Shown piece by piece: positions 46,130 through 57,400 of a stretch of 64,000 nt of DNA (position 1 is the first letter of the stretch; every line of letters starts with the position of its first letter). A program made the translations under genes and the position numbers. The DNA lies in NCBI GenBank assembly GCA_041661275.1, contig JBAZUU010000001.1, forward strand, positions 101,057 to 165,056, in the 5' to 3' direction. This stretch comes from Parcubacteria group bacterium. GTDB taxonomy: Bacteria; Patescibacteriota; Minisyncoccia; Moranbacterales; UBA2206. The notes below the pieces were generated by a model. The model did not search any database. It was not told the DNA's origin and worked only from the letters and a program-made list of their open reading frames with translations.

Positions 46130-47929
46130 CTACAAGAATTCCTTTAATCTTCCGCGTCTTTCAGGATGCCGCAAAAGGCGCAACGCTTTTGATTCCACCT
46201 GTCTAATATATTCCCGGGTTTTATTGAGTTTAGCGCCAACTTCCTCCAGGGTCATCTCTGGATGGCCAAACAAACCAAAACGCATCACAATTACCCGTTG
46301 TCGCCTGATACTAAGCTTCGCAAGGCATGCTCTGAAAGCTTCACTCAATTCATCATTGATGATTTTAGATTCCAGTTCCTTTTCCGGATCATTTTCTCCT
46401 GGCTGGGCTTCAATCTCTTGACGAGAAACTACTTCGTGTCTTTGATAGAACAAATAATCCCCCATTACATCCTGCATAAATTGGTAGTAATGGTCGGAAT
46501 CTCCCCTCCACATTCCCACCTGCCTGAAGTACCGCCGCATAAGCGTCATTCCAGTTAAGGTAAACTTGGGGTGATCGAAACGCATATTTTGAAATTCGTA
46601 AAATGGTATCTCGCCAAAATCAATATCTTCCCGGGAAAGCAAGATTGCCTTGACGAATTCCGGATCAGTAAAATCGTCTCGTTCGGGCTTTAATCGTTTA
46701 ATATCGACCACCGATCTAGTCTCGTAAGAAACCCTGATATCTTTTATGACAGCGACATCAATTCCTCTTCCAAGCTGAACGTCTTCCTGTTCCATCTGCC
46801 GCTTGGAAGCGACAACCAGCCCGCCCTGCCGATATTTCCGATTTCCAAAGATATGATGGACTAATATCGGCTGGTCGGCCGAACGAAAAACATCTTGGAA
46901 TTCGACGACAATTCCGGAGGTTTTGCCTTCATGCGGCGCTACTGCCCGACAAGCTCTTTGCTCGGCAACCACCCAGGAATACGTTGGCCGTAGATTCAGG
47001 GTAACCGTAACCCGCTCAGAGTCCCAACCCTCAATAAGAATGTCTCGAGAGCAAAGCACATCGATCCATCCTTTATTGAAAGCATTAATTATGCGATCCC
47101 TTTCCCTATCAGGCGTGCCAGAATGGATAGCGTACGCTTTAATTCCCGCTTTTCGATAATACCTAGCGAGCTCGATCGTGTGGTTGATACTGACACAAAA
47201 AGCAACAGCTGGAATACCTCGGAAATTCTTCAGATAGAAATCCCGAGAAACTTTATTTCTGGCGGCGATATTAAGCGCCTTTTCAGCTACTTCTTCATCA
47301 AGCACGCCCTTGCGAGTCATCCTGACTTTGCGAAGGTCAATGTCAGTCTCCACGACATACCCGCGTAGCGGCAAAAGGATTCCGTCTTCAATTGCCTCCT
47401 GTAAGGTCATACGATAAATCTCGTTTCGGAAAACTTTTTCGACGTTTTTTTGTTCACTGAATTTATCTGTCGCCGTGAAAGCGATGCAGATTGCGTTCAG
47501 ATAATCAGGAATCTTCGAACGCATAAGAGACAATGAGCGATGACCCTCGTCAAGAATCACCAGCCGGACAAAATCTTTAGGGATCAGCCTCTTTTTAATA
47601 AGGAGTACCAGTGAATGATATGTCGTATAAACAATGTCCCCAGTAAGATCCTTTTTCCCTTTGTGATAGACCGTAATGTTGGCATCAGGATCATGCTTGC
47701 GCATCTTTTTTACGTTTTGATCCATAATGAGATGCGTCGGGGAAACGATCAAAATCTTTTTCAAAAAGCCTCGCATCAGCTTGGCCACTTCGGAAAAAAC
47801 AATCGTTTTGCCTGATTTTGAGGGCATGACAACGAAACCTCGAATGTCTTTTTTCTTCTGATTCTCATCAATAAAGTCGAGAATCGCATCATAGACCGAA
47901 CCCTGATATTGCCGCAATTTAAAGCTCAT
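46130..47929 (-). CDS. SF2 DEAH-type helicase (ResIII-like N-domain plus helicase C-domain) fused to a C-terminal sigma-70 region-4 HTH
   Basis: Walker A MPSKSGKT, DEGH box VILDEGHRS, helicase C-region. C-terminal ELSEAFRACLAKLSIRRQRVIVMRFGLFGHPEMTLEEVGAKLNKTREYIRQVESKALRLLRHP is a textbook sigma-70 region 4.2. 599 aa. Confidence 0.7.
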   Translation of the reverse strand: MSFKLRQYQGSVYDAILDFIDENQKKKDIRGFVVMPSKSGKTIVFSEVAKLMRGFLKKILIVSPTHLIMDQNVKKMRKHDPDANITVYHKGKKDLTGDIVYTTYHSLVLLIKKRLIPKDFVRLVILDEGHRSLSLMRSKIPDYLNAICIAFTATDKFSEQKNVEKVFRNEIYRMTLQEAIEDGILLPLRGYVVETDIDLRKVRMTRKGVLDEEVAEKALNIAARNKVSRDFYLKNFRGIPAVAFCVSINHTIELARYYRKAGIKAYAIHSGTPDRERDRIINAFNKGWIDVLCSRDILIEGWDSERVTVTLNLRPTYSWVVAEQRACRAVAPHEGKTSGIVVEFQDVFRSADQPILVHHIFGNRKYRQGGLVVASKRQMEQEDVQLGRGIDVAVIKDIRVSYETRSVVDIKRLKPERDDFTDPEFVKAILLSREDIDFGEIPFYEFQNMRFDHPKFTLTGMTLMRRYFRQVGMWRGDSDHYYQFMQDVMGDYLFYQRHEVVSRQEIEAQPGENDPEKELESKIINDELSEAFRACLAKLSIRRQRVIVMRFGLFGHPEMTLEEVGAKLNKTREYIRQVESKALRLLRHPERRGRLKEFL

Positions 47930-48129
47930 ATACGCTCCTATTTTCTAAGAAAAAAAGGTTAATGACAAAGAACAACAACGTAAGATTATTGCATATTTAA
48001 ATCCTCTTGTCAATGCAGACGCAGAAACCCTGAATTCAGCCCCCGATGCCTCGCCATCGGGGTTTTATTATAAAAAAAGTCCTGCGCCAGCAGGACACCT
48101 TAACTTTGCATTTTGAATTTTTAACTAAA

Positions 48130-50823
48130 TCATATTTCTCCCCAATTATCCCCAGTCTTCACATGAGCAACTAGTGGAACGCGCAATTTATATACGCTTT
48201 CCATTATTTCTTTTATCTTCGGCGCTAGTTTTTCAGCCACCCCTTCTTTCACTTCAAAAATAATCTCATCGTGCACTTGCAAGATCATGCGTACGTCGGG
48301 ATTATCAGCAAACTCTTCGTGCAATTTCAGCATGGCCATTTTGACAATATCAGCGGAAAGCCCTTGGATAGGCATATTGATGGCCATTCTTTCTGCGGCA
48401 TTAGCCATCATAAAATTAGGCGAGTTTATTTCCGGAATATTACGCCTGCGGCCAATTTCTGTTTCTACGTAGAGATTTTTTTTAGCAAATTCCTTAGTCC
48501 TTTTCATATATTCCGCAATCCCCGGGAAACGTTCAAAATATTCGTCGATAAATTTTTTGGCATCATCTCTGGAAACATCAGCTGACTGGGAAAATCCAAA
48601 AACACTCATCCCATAAATTACTCCGAAATTCAAAGCTTTCGCCGAACGCCTCATTTTTTGGGTCACTTGCGAAAGCGGAACCTTATATACTTCTGCCGCT
48701 GTCGCCTGGTGAATATCCACGCCCTCGTGGAACAATTTAATCATTTTTTTGTCTTCACTCATATGTGCCACCACCCGCAAGTCAATCTGCGAATAATCAG
48801 CGGCCACCAGCCGCCATCCTTCTTCTGCTTCGAAAGCAGTGCGCAGAACCTGCCCGACGTCAGTTCTTATGGGAATATTTTGCAGGTTAGGTTCCGATGA
48901 AGACAGTCTCCCCGTGGACGTTACCGCTTGGTTAAAAGTAGTATGTATGCGAGATTTTTTATCCACTAGAAGCGGTAGAGCATCGAGATAGGTCGTTTTC
49001 AGCTTGAATATTTCCCGATATTCCTCAATTTTTTCCACGATCTTGTGTTTTTCTTTTATCTTTTGTAGCTCACTGGAAGCTGTGGAATATCCGGTTTTGC
49101 CTTTTTTAATGTCCTCCGTTGGAATTTTTAAATCAACAAAAAGTATGTCGGCTAGTTGCCGTGATGAATTGATATTAAATTCTTTTCCAGCGCTAGTATA
49201 GATATTTTTTTCCAGATTAATAATTCTCTTGTTTATATTTTCCACGATACCGGAAAATATAACGGTATTCAGTTTCACGCCATTCGTTTCCATTTCCGCC
49301 AAAACCGGAATGAGCGGCATCTCTAGATCGCATAATACTTTTTTGACATTATGCGCCTCTCTCTGCGAAGCAGATATTTCTTCGATTTTTTCTTCGTATA
49401 TTCTTTTTAGTTTCCCGATGTAGTCCGCGACTTGGCAAAATTTTTGCGCTATCTCATCTGATGATTCAATTTCTAATCCCAATTGTCCTTTCTTTTTTTC
49501 TTCAACTATTTCTTCACCCAAATTTTCCAAAACTAATCGGGAAAATTCATTTTTTGCTCCGGGGTTGACCACATAGGCTCCAAGCATCACATCAAAGTCT
49601 AATCCTTTGATTTCTATTTTATTATTTTTTAGTATTTCCAGATCCTTTTTTAGATCATATCCGATCTTTTTTATATTTTCATTTTCCAAAACAACTTTTA
49701 ATTTTTCAATCTTATCCGTATAGGCAGCCCGACCGGCTTTCCAGCTCACAGCGATTCCGACAATCTCACTTTTAAAAACATTTTCTCCTCTGGTGTTTAA
49801 TTTAATAGCAATTTCTTTTGCTTTTTCAATCTCGGAAGTTATTTCATCGAAATTTTTATCAGTTATAATTTCATATTTGAAATTCTTCACCCCTCCTTTT
49901 TCAATATTCGCAATTAGCGGATTAGCATTTATTCGTTGATTAGCATCATTCCCAGGAATTCTTTTGATCAAACTATAAAAATTCAGATCCTGAAAAAGTT
50001 TCACTAATTTTTCCCGGTCAAATTCGTGAGTCTTGGCATTCTCTAAATTAATTTCTACCGGTACATCTTTTTTAATTGTCGCCAGCCCCTTACTTTGTAT
50101 AGCGATTACCTTATCACGCTCTAGCTTTTCTTTTATCGCTCCTTTTATTTCATTAATATTTTTATATACATCCTCCAATGTTCCATATTTTGAAAGAAGT
50201 TCCACAGCAGTTTTTTCGCCAATGCCTTTGACGCCTGGAATGTTGTCCGATGCGTCGCCGCGAAGCCCTTTATAATCGATCATTTGCACCGGCGCCAAAT
50301 TATATCGTTCCTTCACCGCGTTTTCATCATAGGTAACAGCGTCAGTGAGACCACGACGCATAGTATAAACTTTTGTTTTTGAACTAATAAGCTGCAAAGT
50401 ATCCAGGTCTCCTGTAACGATAATATTTTCAAGATCCTGATGTTCTTTTTCCGAGTGAGCGACCACGGTTCCGATAAGATCATCCGCTTCAAACCCTTCT
50501 TTTTCATAGATAGGAATATTCATCGCCCGCACTACCTCCTTTACTTTGGGAATTTGATCATAGAGCGCCTGATCAGCTTTGACTCTCGTCGCTTTATATT
50601 CTTTATACTCAATATGCCTGAAAGTCGGCCCGGCCAAATCGAAAGTAGCGATGATATAGTCTGGATTGAATCTGGAGATGACTGAAAGAATAGTCGAAGA
50701 AAAACCATAGACAGCATTGACCAGCTCACCCGATTTAGTAGTCAGTGGCGGAAGCGCGTGATAAGCGCGATGAATGATAGCGTTTCCATCGATAAGAACC
50801 AGTTTTTTAGTGTTTTTGGACAT
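48130..50823 (-). CDS. polA: DNA polymerase I
   Basis: 5'-3' exonuclease domain (N-terminal), family-A polymerase motifs (DYSQIDLRVVAH motif A, RRSAKALNFGVIYG motif B, QVHDEIIFEV motif C). 897 aa. Confidence 0.92.
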   Translation of the reverse strand: MSKNTKKLVLIDGNAIIHRAYHALPPLTTKSGELVNAVYGFSSTILSVISRFNPDYIIATFDLAGPTFRHIEYKEYKATRVKADQALYDQIPKVKEVVRAMNIPIYEKEGFEADDLIGTVVAHSEKEHQDLENIIVTGDLDTLQLISSKTKVYTMRRGLTDAVTYDENAVKERYNLAPVQMIDYKGLRGDASDNIPGVKGIGEKTAVELLSKYGTLEDVYKNINEIKGAIKEKLERDKVIAIQSKGLATIKKDVPVEINLENAKTHEFDREKLVKLFQDLNFYSLIKRIPGNDANQRINANPLIANIEKGGVKNFKYEIITDKNFDEITSEIEKAKEIAIKLNTRGENVFKSEIVGIAVSWKAGRAAYTDKIEKLKVVLENENIKKIGYDLKKDLEILKNNKIEIKGLDFDVMLGAYVVNPGAKNEFSRLVLENLGEEIVEEKKKGQLGLEIESSDEIAQKFCQVADYIGKLKRIYEEKIEEISASQREAHNVKKVLCDLEMPLIPVLAEMETNGVKLNTVIFSGIVENINKRIINLEKNIYTSAGKEFNINSSRQLADILFVDLKIPTEDIKKGKTGYSTASSELQKIKEKHKIVEKIEEYREIFKLKTTYLDALPLLVDKKSRIHTTFNQAVTSTGRLSSSEPNLQNIPIRTDVGQVLRTAFEAEEGWRLVAADYSQIDLRVVAHMSEDKKMIKLFHEGVDIHQATAAEVYKVPLSQVTQKMRRSAKALNFGVIYGMSVFGFSQSADVSRDDAKKFIDEYFERFPGIAEYMKRTKEFAKKNLYVETEIGRRRNIPEINSPNFMMANAAERMAINMPIQGLSADIVKMAMLKLHEEFADNPDVRMILQVHDEIIFEVKEGVAEKLAPKIKEIMESVYKLRVPLVAHVKTGDNWGEI

Positions 50824-50910
50824 AATTTATTATATCACAAAGTCGCCCTAATAATACAAAAAACTTAGACATCAAATGTCTAAGCCTTTTTGTAGTACAG
50901 TTTTTTAAAA

Positions 50911-51252
50911 TTATTTTTGCAATGCTCCTCCGACTATATTTATTATAACTATACCAACAACCGCTACCGCTAGGCCGATCAACGAAAAAGCAAGTGTCTT
51001 GCCGCTACGCCCGACCCGCTCCTCATCTCCGCCGGCGACCAGATAATCAATAGCAGCCACAAGGAGACCAACGATGGAAAGCGCTCCCATACCACCTAAT
51101 ATCACATAAAGGAATGTGCTGATACTGGAAAAAGCCTGCCCGACGCTCGGCTGATCAAGACTGCCCTGTTGATCCGGTCTTATTTGAGCCATTGCCACTC
51201 CCGGGAAAAAAACCGAAAAGTATATTATATTTTTTACTATTTTGTTCATCAA
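50911..51252 (-). CDS. Small two-TM secreted/membrane protein, possibly VirB2/TrbC-pilin-like
   Basis: Signal peptide plus two hydrophobic helices separated by a charged GGDEER loop. 113 aa. Weak assignment. Confidence 0.35.
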   Translation of the reverse strand: MMNKIVKNIIYFSVFFPGVAMAQIRPDQQGSLDQPSVGQAFSSISTFLYVILGGMGALSIVGLLVAAIDYLVAGGDEERVGRSGKTLAFSLIGLAVAVVGIVIINIVGGALQK

Positions 51253-51265
51253 CTATATTATACTA

Positions 51266-52030
51266 CTATTTTTCTAAAGGTTCTACTGAATTTATCGTCA
51301 CGTTTTCCACTGGCCTGTCATTAGTTGTCGTTTTGACGTTTTCAATCTTCAAAGCGACGTCCATTCCACTCGTTACCGTTCCAAAAACTGTGTAACTGGG
51401 TGGGAGTGGCGCTTCGGGGCTAGCGGTAACAATAAAAAACTGACTACCATTGGTGTTCGATCCGGAATTAGCCATGGCCAGTGTCCCTCGCGGATATTTT
51501 TCCGTTCCGACTAATTCATCCTTGAATTTATATCCCGGTCCACCCATTCCCCAACTGGATGTATCGGCATTTTTGGAATTTGGATCGCCGCCCTGGATCA
51601 TAAAGCCCTTGATGACGCGATGAAATTTCGTGTTGTTATAAAAACTACCTTGGGCAAGATTGAGAAAATTAGTGACCGTAAGTGGAGCAGTTGACGCGTC
51701 TAGTTTCACTTTTATATCTCCCATACTCGTTTTAATTGTCGCTGCGGTATATTTTTTCAATATTTCCGCGTTAGCTTCTGGCGCCTTTAGATTGGAATCC
51801 ATATTATTTTCATTTAATGCGTTATTCATATTTTCATTTTCCTTGTTGGTCGCGTCATTGATATCCTGTTGCGCTTTTTCTTTCAAATTAAGCATACCGG
51901 AAATATTTCCGCCAGGATCAGTGATGGGATCGGGAATTTTGTTGCTATCTTGCGCCTGCTGGCTATTGCCGCAACCAGAGAGAGTTACTACTGCGATTAC
52001 CAATGTTGATAATATTAATATTTTTTTCAT
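51266..52030 (-). CDS. Cyclophilin-type peptidyl-prolyl cis-trans isomerase, lipoprotein form
   Basis: Lipobox LSGCG. FHRVIKGFMIQGGD ... GTLAMANSGSNTNGSQFFI cyclophilin signature. 254 aa. Confidence 0.9.
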   Translation of the reverse strand: MKKILILSTLVIAVVTLSGCGNSQQAQDSNKIPDPITDPGGNISGMLNLKEKAQQDINDATNKENENMNNALNENNMDSNLKAPEANAEILKKYTAATIKTSMGDIKVKLDASTAPLTVTNFLNLAQGSFYNNTKFHRVIKGFMIQGGDPNSKNADTSSWGMGGPGYKFKDELVGTEKYPRGTLAMANSGSNTNGSQFFIVTASPEAPLPPSYTVFGTVTSGMDVALKIENVKTTTNDRPVENVTINSVEPLEK

Positions 52031-52045
52031 ATATTTTATAAAGCG

Positions 52046-52184
52046 CCGTCATCCTGAGCGAAGCGATCCCGCTTTAGCGGGAGAGCGCAGTCGAAGGATC
52101 TACTATAAGTTATTACTAGTTATATCACGTGGCAGATCCCTCGACTTCATTCGACTAAAAGTCTCATTCCGCTCGGGATGACGG
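52046..52184. repeat. MITE-like nested-palindrome element copy (CCGTCATCCTGAGCG ... GTCGAAGGATCTAC ... CAGATCCCTCGAC ... CGCTCGGGATGACGG)
   Basis: Same family. Lies between the PPIase start and the tsaE 3' end. The tsaE ORF in the track reads into it. Confidence 0.85.
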
Positions 52185-52588
52185 GAAAGAAAGGATATTT
52201 TTCTTTTATTTTCATCCATCCATTCAAAGCCTATCCACAAAGCACCTCTTGGAATAATTTTAGAAATCCTATCTGCCCATTCGACAATTATAACATTATT
52301 TTCGTCAGCAATAATTTCCTCCCAACCAAGATTTATTATATCATCTTTTCTTACTCGGTATGCATCAAAGTGAAAAATATTTTTCCCATATTTTTTCATG
52401 ATAACAAAAGTGGGACTTGTATAGGGACCTTTTACTCTCAAATCTTTCAATAATCCCTGGGTAAACGTTGTTTTCCCGCTGCCCAGCTCGCCAGTTAGAC
52501 AAATAATTTTCCCGCCTTTAATTTCTTGAGCTAACATTTCGCCCAGTTTTTGCGTTTGTTTGGAATTTTCGGTAATAAATTCTTTCAT
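52103..52588 (-). CDS. tsaE: tRNA threonylcarbamoyladenosine biosynthesis protein TsaE (C-terminal approximately 25 aa encoded by the MITE copy; true stop uncertain)
   Basis: P-loop LTGELGSGKTTFTQGL plus TsaE layout. The ORF continues to 52103 through repeat sequence. Confidence 0.8.
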   Translation of the reverse strand: MKEFITENSKQTQKLGEMLAQEIKGGKIICLTGELGSGKTTFTQGLLKDLRVKGPYTSPTFVIMKKYGKNIFHFDAYRVRKDDIINLGWEEIIADENNVIIVEWADRISKIIPRGALWIGFEWMDENKRKISFLSRHPERNETFSRMKSRDLPRDITSNNL

Positions 52589-52666
52589 GTTTTATATACT
52601 ATCAGTAAATATAAAAAAACAAAACGGCAAATCGATTTCCGACTTGCCGCAGATTGCTCAAGTTCT

Positions 52667-53014
52667 CTAACTATGAGATCTTCGATGCCAGCGTTTAAAG
52701 GCTTCCTCTTTGCTCATTGCGCCAAATCTCTCATGACATTTTTCACAGCCGAATCCACCTGTCCCACCAATAATACCCTCGAAATTATGTGCCCCACCCT
52801 TTGGGCAGCGATCAAAAACGTAAGCGCCAAGCAAAGCCCAGACTACTATTGCAATGATCGCCACAAAGATAATAATAATGAACCATCCGATGTAAAAAGC
52901 TAATGCGCTCAAATTATCGGCAAACACATAAAGCGCATAAGTCACCGCAGCTGCTAGAATCAGAAAAACTAAAATGCTTTTTGTCGCCACAAACCAATTC
53001 CGGAATAAAATCAT
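52667..53014 (-). CDS. Membrane protein with C-terminal zinc-ribbon (CPKGG...CEKCHERF), hypothetical
   Basis: Two TM helices plus Cys4-like ribbon. 115 aa. Confidence 0.45.
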   Translation of the reverse strand: MILFRNWFVATKSILVFLILAAAVTYALYVFADNLSALAFYIGWFIIIIFVAIIAIVVWALLGAYVFDRCPKGGAHNFEGIIGGTGGFGCEKCHERFGAMSKEEAFKRWHRRSHS

Positions 53015-53211
53015 CTTTTTCCTCCTCGTTTATTTTTCAAGACTTATTTTAATCGCTTATTTAAGAGATTATGAACTGGCTTGATTATAATGATCAATTT
53101 TTATTTGTCAATAACCTTTAATTTGACATGAAAAAATATTCCTGCTATTTTGATTAACTAACTTGATTAGTACGGACGTGCCGGTGGCGCGTCTCCACAT
53201 TTTTCTAAATT

Positions 53212-54336
53212 ATGACTCTTGCTCCCCAGGAACAATTCAAAAACTTTCTAGATAAATCACAGGATGTTTTGATCCTTATCCCGGAAAATCCCAGCGCTGA
53301 CGCAGTCGGTTCTTCCTGGGCGCTCTATTATTTTCTGGAAAAAAGGGGCAAAAACCCGACCATCGCTTTTTCCAATCATTTGAGTGACAAATTCGGCTTT
53401 TTGACCAAGCCTTCGCGAATCCTCAATGAGATTTCCGGCGCCCGGGATTTCGTCCTTTCTTTTGATGTTTCTCGCAATAAGATCGGAAATGTTCGTCACG
53501 AAGAAAAGGACGGAAAATTTAATATCTATCTTACTCCGGAACATGGTACTATCAATCCTCGTGATTTCTCTTTCATTTTAGCCAAATTCAAATACGATCT
53601 TATCATCGTCATTGATTGCCCGGATCTGGAAAAATTGGGCAAGATTTATAATTCTAACACTGATTTGTTTTTTGAAGTGCCGGTCGTAAACATTGATTAT
53701 CGTTCTGGTAATGATAACTTTGGCCAGATCAATCTGGTTGATGTCACCTCTTCTTCATGCTCCGAAATTGTCGGTCGAGCCATCGAAGATATGGATATTT
53801 TAAGTATGGATAAGCAAATCGCTACCGCAATTCTCGCCGGTATCATCGGCGCCACTGACAGTTTTCAGAAAAAAAATACTACGCCTAAATCATTTCTTTT
53901 CGCGGCGCATCTCATGGACAAAGGGGCTGATCAGCAAGAAATTATCCGCTGGCTATACAAAACCCAACCTCTCCATGTTTTGAAACTTTGGGGTCGAACG
54001 ATGGCCAAATTGCAATGGGACGAAACTCTGAAAATCGTTTCCGCCACCATTTCCATTGATGATCTGGTGCAAAGTCGAGCCAACATCACTGATCTACCGC
54101 TCATTCTCGAAAAACTCCAAGAAAGCTACACCGACGGCTCTATTTTCCTCATCACTTTCAACGACACCCCCACAACTTCTGTTGCTCTTATGAAAACTGC
54201 CGACAATGAAATTTTCAAAAAACTTTATCTCAATTTCGGCGGGGAGCTGAAACGTGGCCTTCTGGAACTAAAAACCGAAAAGACTGATCTGGAAGAAGTG
54301 AGGAAAGGGATTGTGGAAAAGATAAAAATTTTATGA
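53212..54336 (+). CDS. DHH-family phosphoesterase (NrnA-like; DHH plus DHHA1 layout) with degenerate catalytic motifs
   Basis: Layout matches NrnA/bifunctional oligoribonuclease-pAp phosphatase. Motif I reads ENPSADAVGS and motif III reads IDYR instead of IDHH. 374 aa. Confidence 0.55.
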   Translation: MTLAPQEQFKNFLDKSQDVLILIPENPSADAVGSSWALYYFLEKRGKNPTIAFSNHLSDKFGFLTKPSRILNEISGARDFVLSFDVSRNKIGNVRHEEKDGKFNIYLTPEHGTINPRDFSFILAKFKYDLIIVIDCPDLEKLGKIYNSNTDLFFEVPVVNIDYRSGNDNFGQINLVDVTSSSCSEIVGRAIEDMDILSMDKQIATAILAGIIGATDSFQKKNTTPKSFLFAAHLMDKGADQQEIIRWLYKTQPLHVLKLWGRTMAKLQWDETLKIVSATISIDDLVQSRANITDLPLILEKLQESYTDGSIFLITFNDTPTTSVALMKTADNEIFKKLYLNFGGELKRGLLELKTEKTDLEEVRKGIVEKIKIL

Positions 54337-54465
54337 TTTAAAATTTAATACCCAAATTTTGAATTACGGACGTCAGTCTGTTTTTTTATTGTTCATCTTG
54401 TGATAAAATAATGATAACCAGATTAATAATTTCGTATTTTTGTATTAAATTCGTATTTCGTAACT

Positions 54466-57400
54466 ATGATAAAAATAATAAGAAAAAAAGATGCGCTGGA
54501 GGAATCAGAAAAAGCGGCTCTGACCAAAAAAATAATTTCCAAATTCCGCCGCAGGGAGGAAGAAGAAGAGACGTCCGCATATGCTGCGTCGATCAATTTC
54601 CCCTACCTCGACACCAATCTTGTTCCGATTTCCAATGACAATCTGAAACTTCTGACCGAGGTTGAGGCGAAAGAAAATGATCTGATCATCATCCAAAAAG
54701 TATCGCGCGTTGTCCATGCCATCACTACTGATCCGACTGAAGAAAAAACCAAAAACTTCATTGCGCAATTGCAGCAGGAGAAGGGCTGGCAAATGAAGAT
54801 TTTTGTCGTTTCCCGGTCAAATATGAATATCGTCCTGGAGCGATACAAAAAGATCATTTTTGTGGAAATTCTGGATCTTATGAGTCTACACTTAAGTCCG
54901 GAAGAACTGGCCAAGTTTGAGGAGGAAATGAAAGATCTCCTGACGCTGAAACTTCGGATTAATGAGATGCCGGTCACCCAGATCTTGAATATTATCATGG
55001 CCGGCGCGTATAAGCTCAAGGCCTCGGACGTGCATCTCGAACCCCAGGAAAAAGAATTTCGTCTGCGTTATCGAATTGACGGCGTACTGCAAGATGTAGC
55101 ATATCTGCCGCTCAATGTCTATAAGTCGATCATCACCCGCATAAAATATATGTGCCATATGAAGATCAACTTGCGCGATATCGCCCAGGACGGCACATTT
55201 GAATTCACGGTTCCCCTGGAAACAGGAGAGAAAAAAGCCGACACCCGTGTTTCCGTCATTCCGGGAAATTTTGGCGAATCGGCCGTGATAAGAATCCTCG
55301 ATCCAGAATCGATCAGAGTGACTGTTGATAAACTGGGTCTCACTGGACTGGCCAGTGAGATAATGCAAAAGGAAATTTTGTCGCCAAATGGAATGATTTT
55401 GAATACCGGGCCGACTGGATCAGGAAAAACAACGACGCTCTATGCCATCATTAACACGCTCAATCAACCGGACAAGAAAATAATCACCATTGAAGACCCG
55501 ATCGAATATGAACTGGCCGGTATTTCCCAAACGCAGATAGAAAAATCGCGTGGCTATACTTTTGCAACAGGTCTTCGAGCCATTGTCCGTCAAGACCCGG
55601 ATATTATTCTTGTTGGTGAAATTCGTGATGATGAAACAGCGGACATTGCTGTCAATTCATCGCTTACCGGGCACTTGGTACTCTCGTCGCTTCACACCAA
55701 CAATGCTATCGGCGCTATTCCCCGACTCATCGAATTGGGCGTGAAACCTTCTCTCATGTCTCCGGCTATAAATGCCGTCATCGGACAGCGTTTGGTGCGA
55801 AAACTTTGCGAATGCAAAGAAGCCTATGTTCCGGCGACTGAATCGATTGAATCAATAAAAAGAATTCTTTCTATCATTTCTCCTAAATCAAAAGTGGAAG
55901 TTCCGAAAAATATCCAAAATCTTTATCGCCCCAAAGGTTGTTCCAAATGCAATGGCATTGGATATAAAGGACGGATTGGAATATTTGAGATACTGACCAT
56001 AACCGAAGAAATTGAAAAATTAATTTTGGAGCTGGCTGGAGAAACAGAACTGACTATGACGGCACTTGAAGGCGGAATGATCACTATGCTTCAGGACGGA
56101 ATCATTAAGGCCGTAACTGGAATAACTTCCATTGATGAAGTAAAGCGCGTGACCGGTCAGGGAGAATTTTTGGAAATCATCTATGACAAATTGATGGCGG
56201 CGACGTTGGGTCGGTCAGTCTTGGTGAGTAAAAAGAATTTTGAACTGGCGGAAAAAACTATAAAAGATTTCAAAAAATTTCAGGAATTGATTTCTAAAGA
56301 AAAAAGCACCGACATCGCCAAAATTATTTTTGCCGCCGCTTCCATCCTTGGAGTAAACGATATTCACATTGAACCGCAGGCAGTGCTGGTCAAGATTCGT
56401 TTCCGCATCGATGGAATTTTGCAAGATGTCGCCACAATTCCACTAAATGAATACCCGGCCTTTTTAGGTGAGATAAAAATGCTTTCCGGCGTCAAAACTG
56501 AAGCGCGTCAGGGTGTGATTGACTCCCGATTTACCATTAAATTTGATGAAGAAATAAAAAACGCAAGAGAACCACAAACTGACGTGCGTGTTTCCATAAT
56601 TTTAGGCGGCTTTGGCGAAACGGTTGTGTTGCGTTTACTTTTCAAAACTACCTTGGAATATGATCTCAAAAAATTGGGAATACGCCAGCAAAATCTGGAT
56701 AAGATCATGCATGAAATCGAAAAGCCCAATGGCGTCATTTTGAACACCGGCCCGACTGGCAGCGGAAAAACAACGACCCTTTACTCGATCTTGCAGCATC
56801 TCAATAACCGGGAAGTGAAAATTATTACTGTAGAAGACCCGATTGAATATCAGATGGAAGGAATTTTGCAAACACCAGTCAATGACAAAGAGGGATATAC
56901 TTTCGTCAACGCCCTTCGACAGCTTTTGCGTCAAAATCCGGATATTATGATGATCGGTGAAATCCGCGACAATGAAACAGCAGTCGCCGCCGTGCAAGCC
57001 GCTCTCACTGGACACTTAGTACTCTCTACTATTCACACCAACAACGCCGCTGGAGCGGTGGCGCGAATGATCAATATGGGCGTCGCTCCTGCTGACATCG
57101 CCACTTCCGTCAACGCCTTTATCGCCCAGCGACTTGTACGAAGGCTGTGTGATTGCAAGAAAAAAATAGCGCCGACCGCGGAAGAAAAAGCAAAAATAGA
57201 AGCCACGCTAAAAAAGGTTTCGCCAAAAAGTGGCGTGGAAATTCCTAAAATCGGAGATATATACAAGCCAGGAGGATGCGTCAAATGTAATGGCATCGGA
57301 TACCACGGACGAATGACGGTTTCAGAAGTATTTCAGATCACCCGCGACATCCAGGAAATGATCACTCGCGGTGCCATGACGGTCGAACTCGAAGAAAAAG

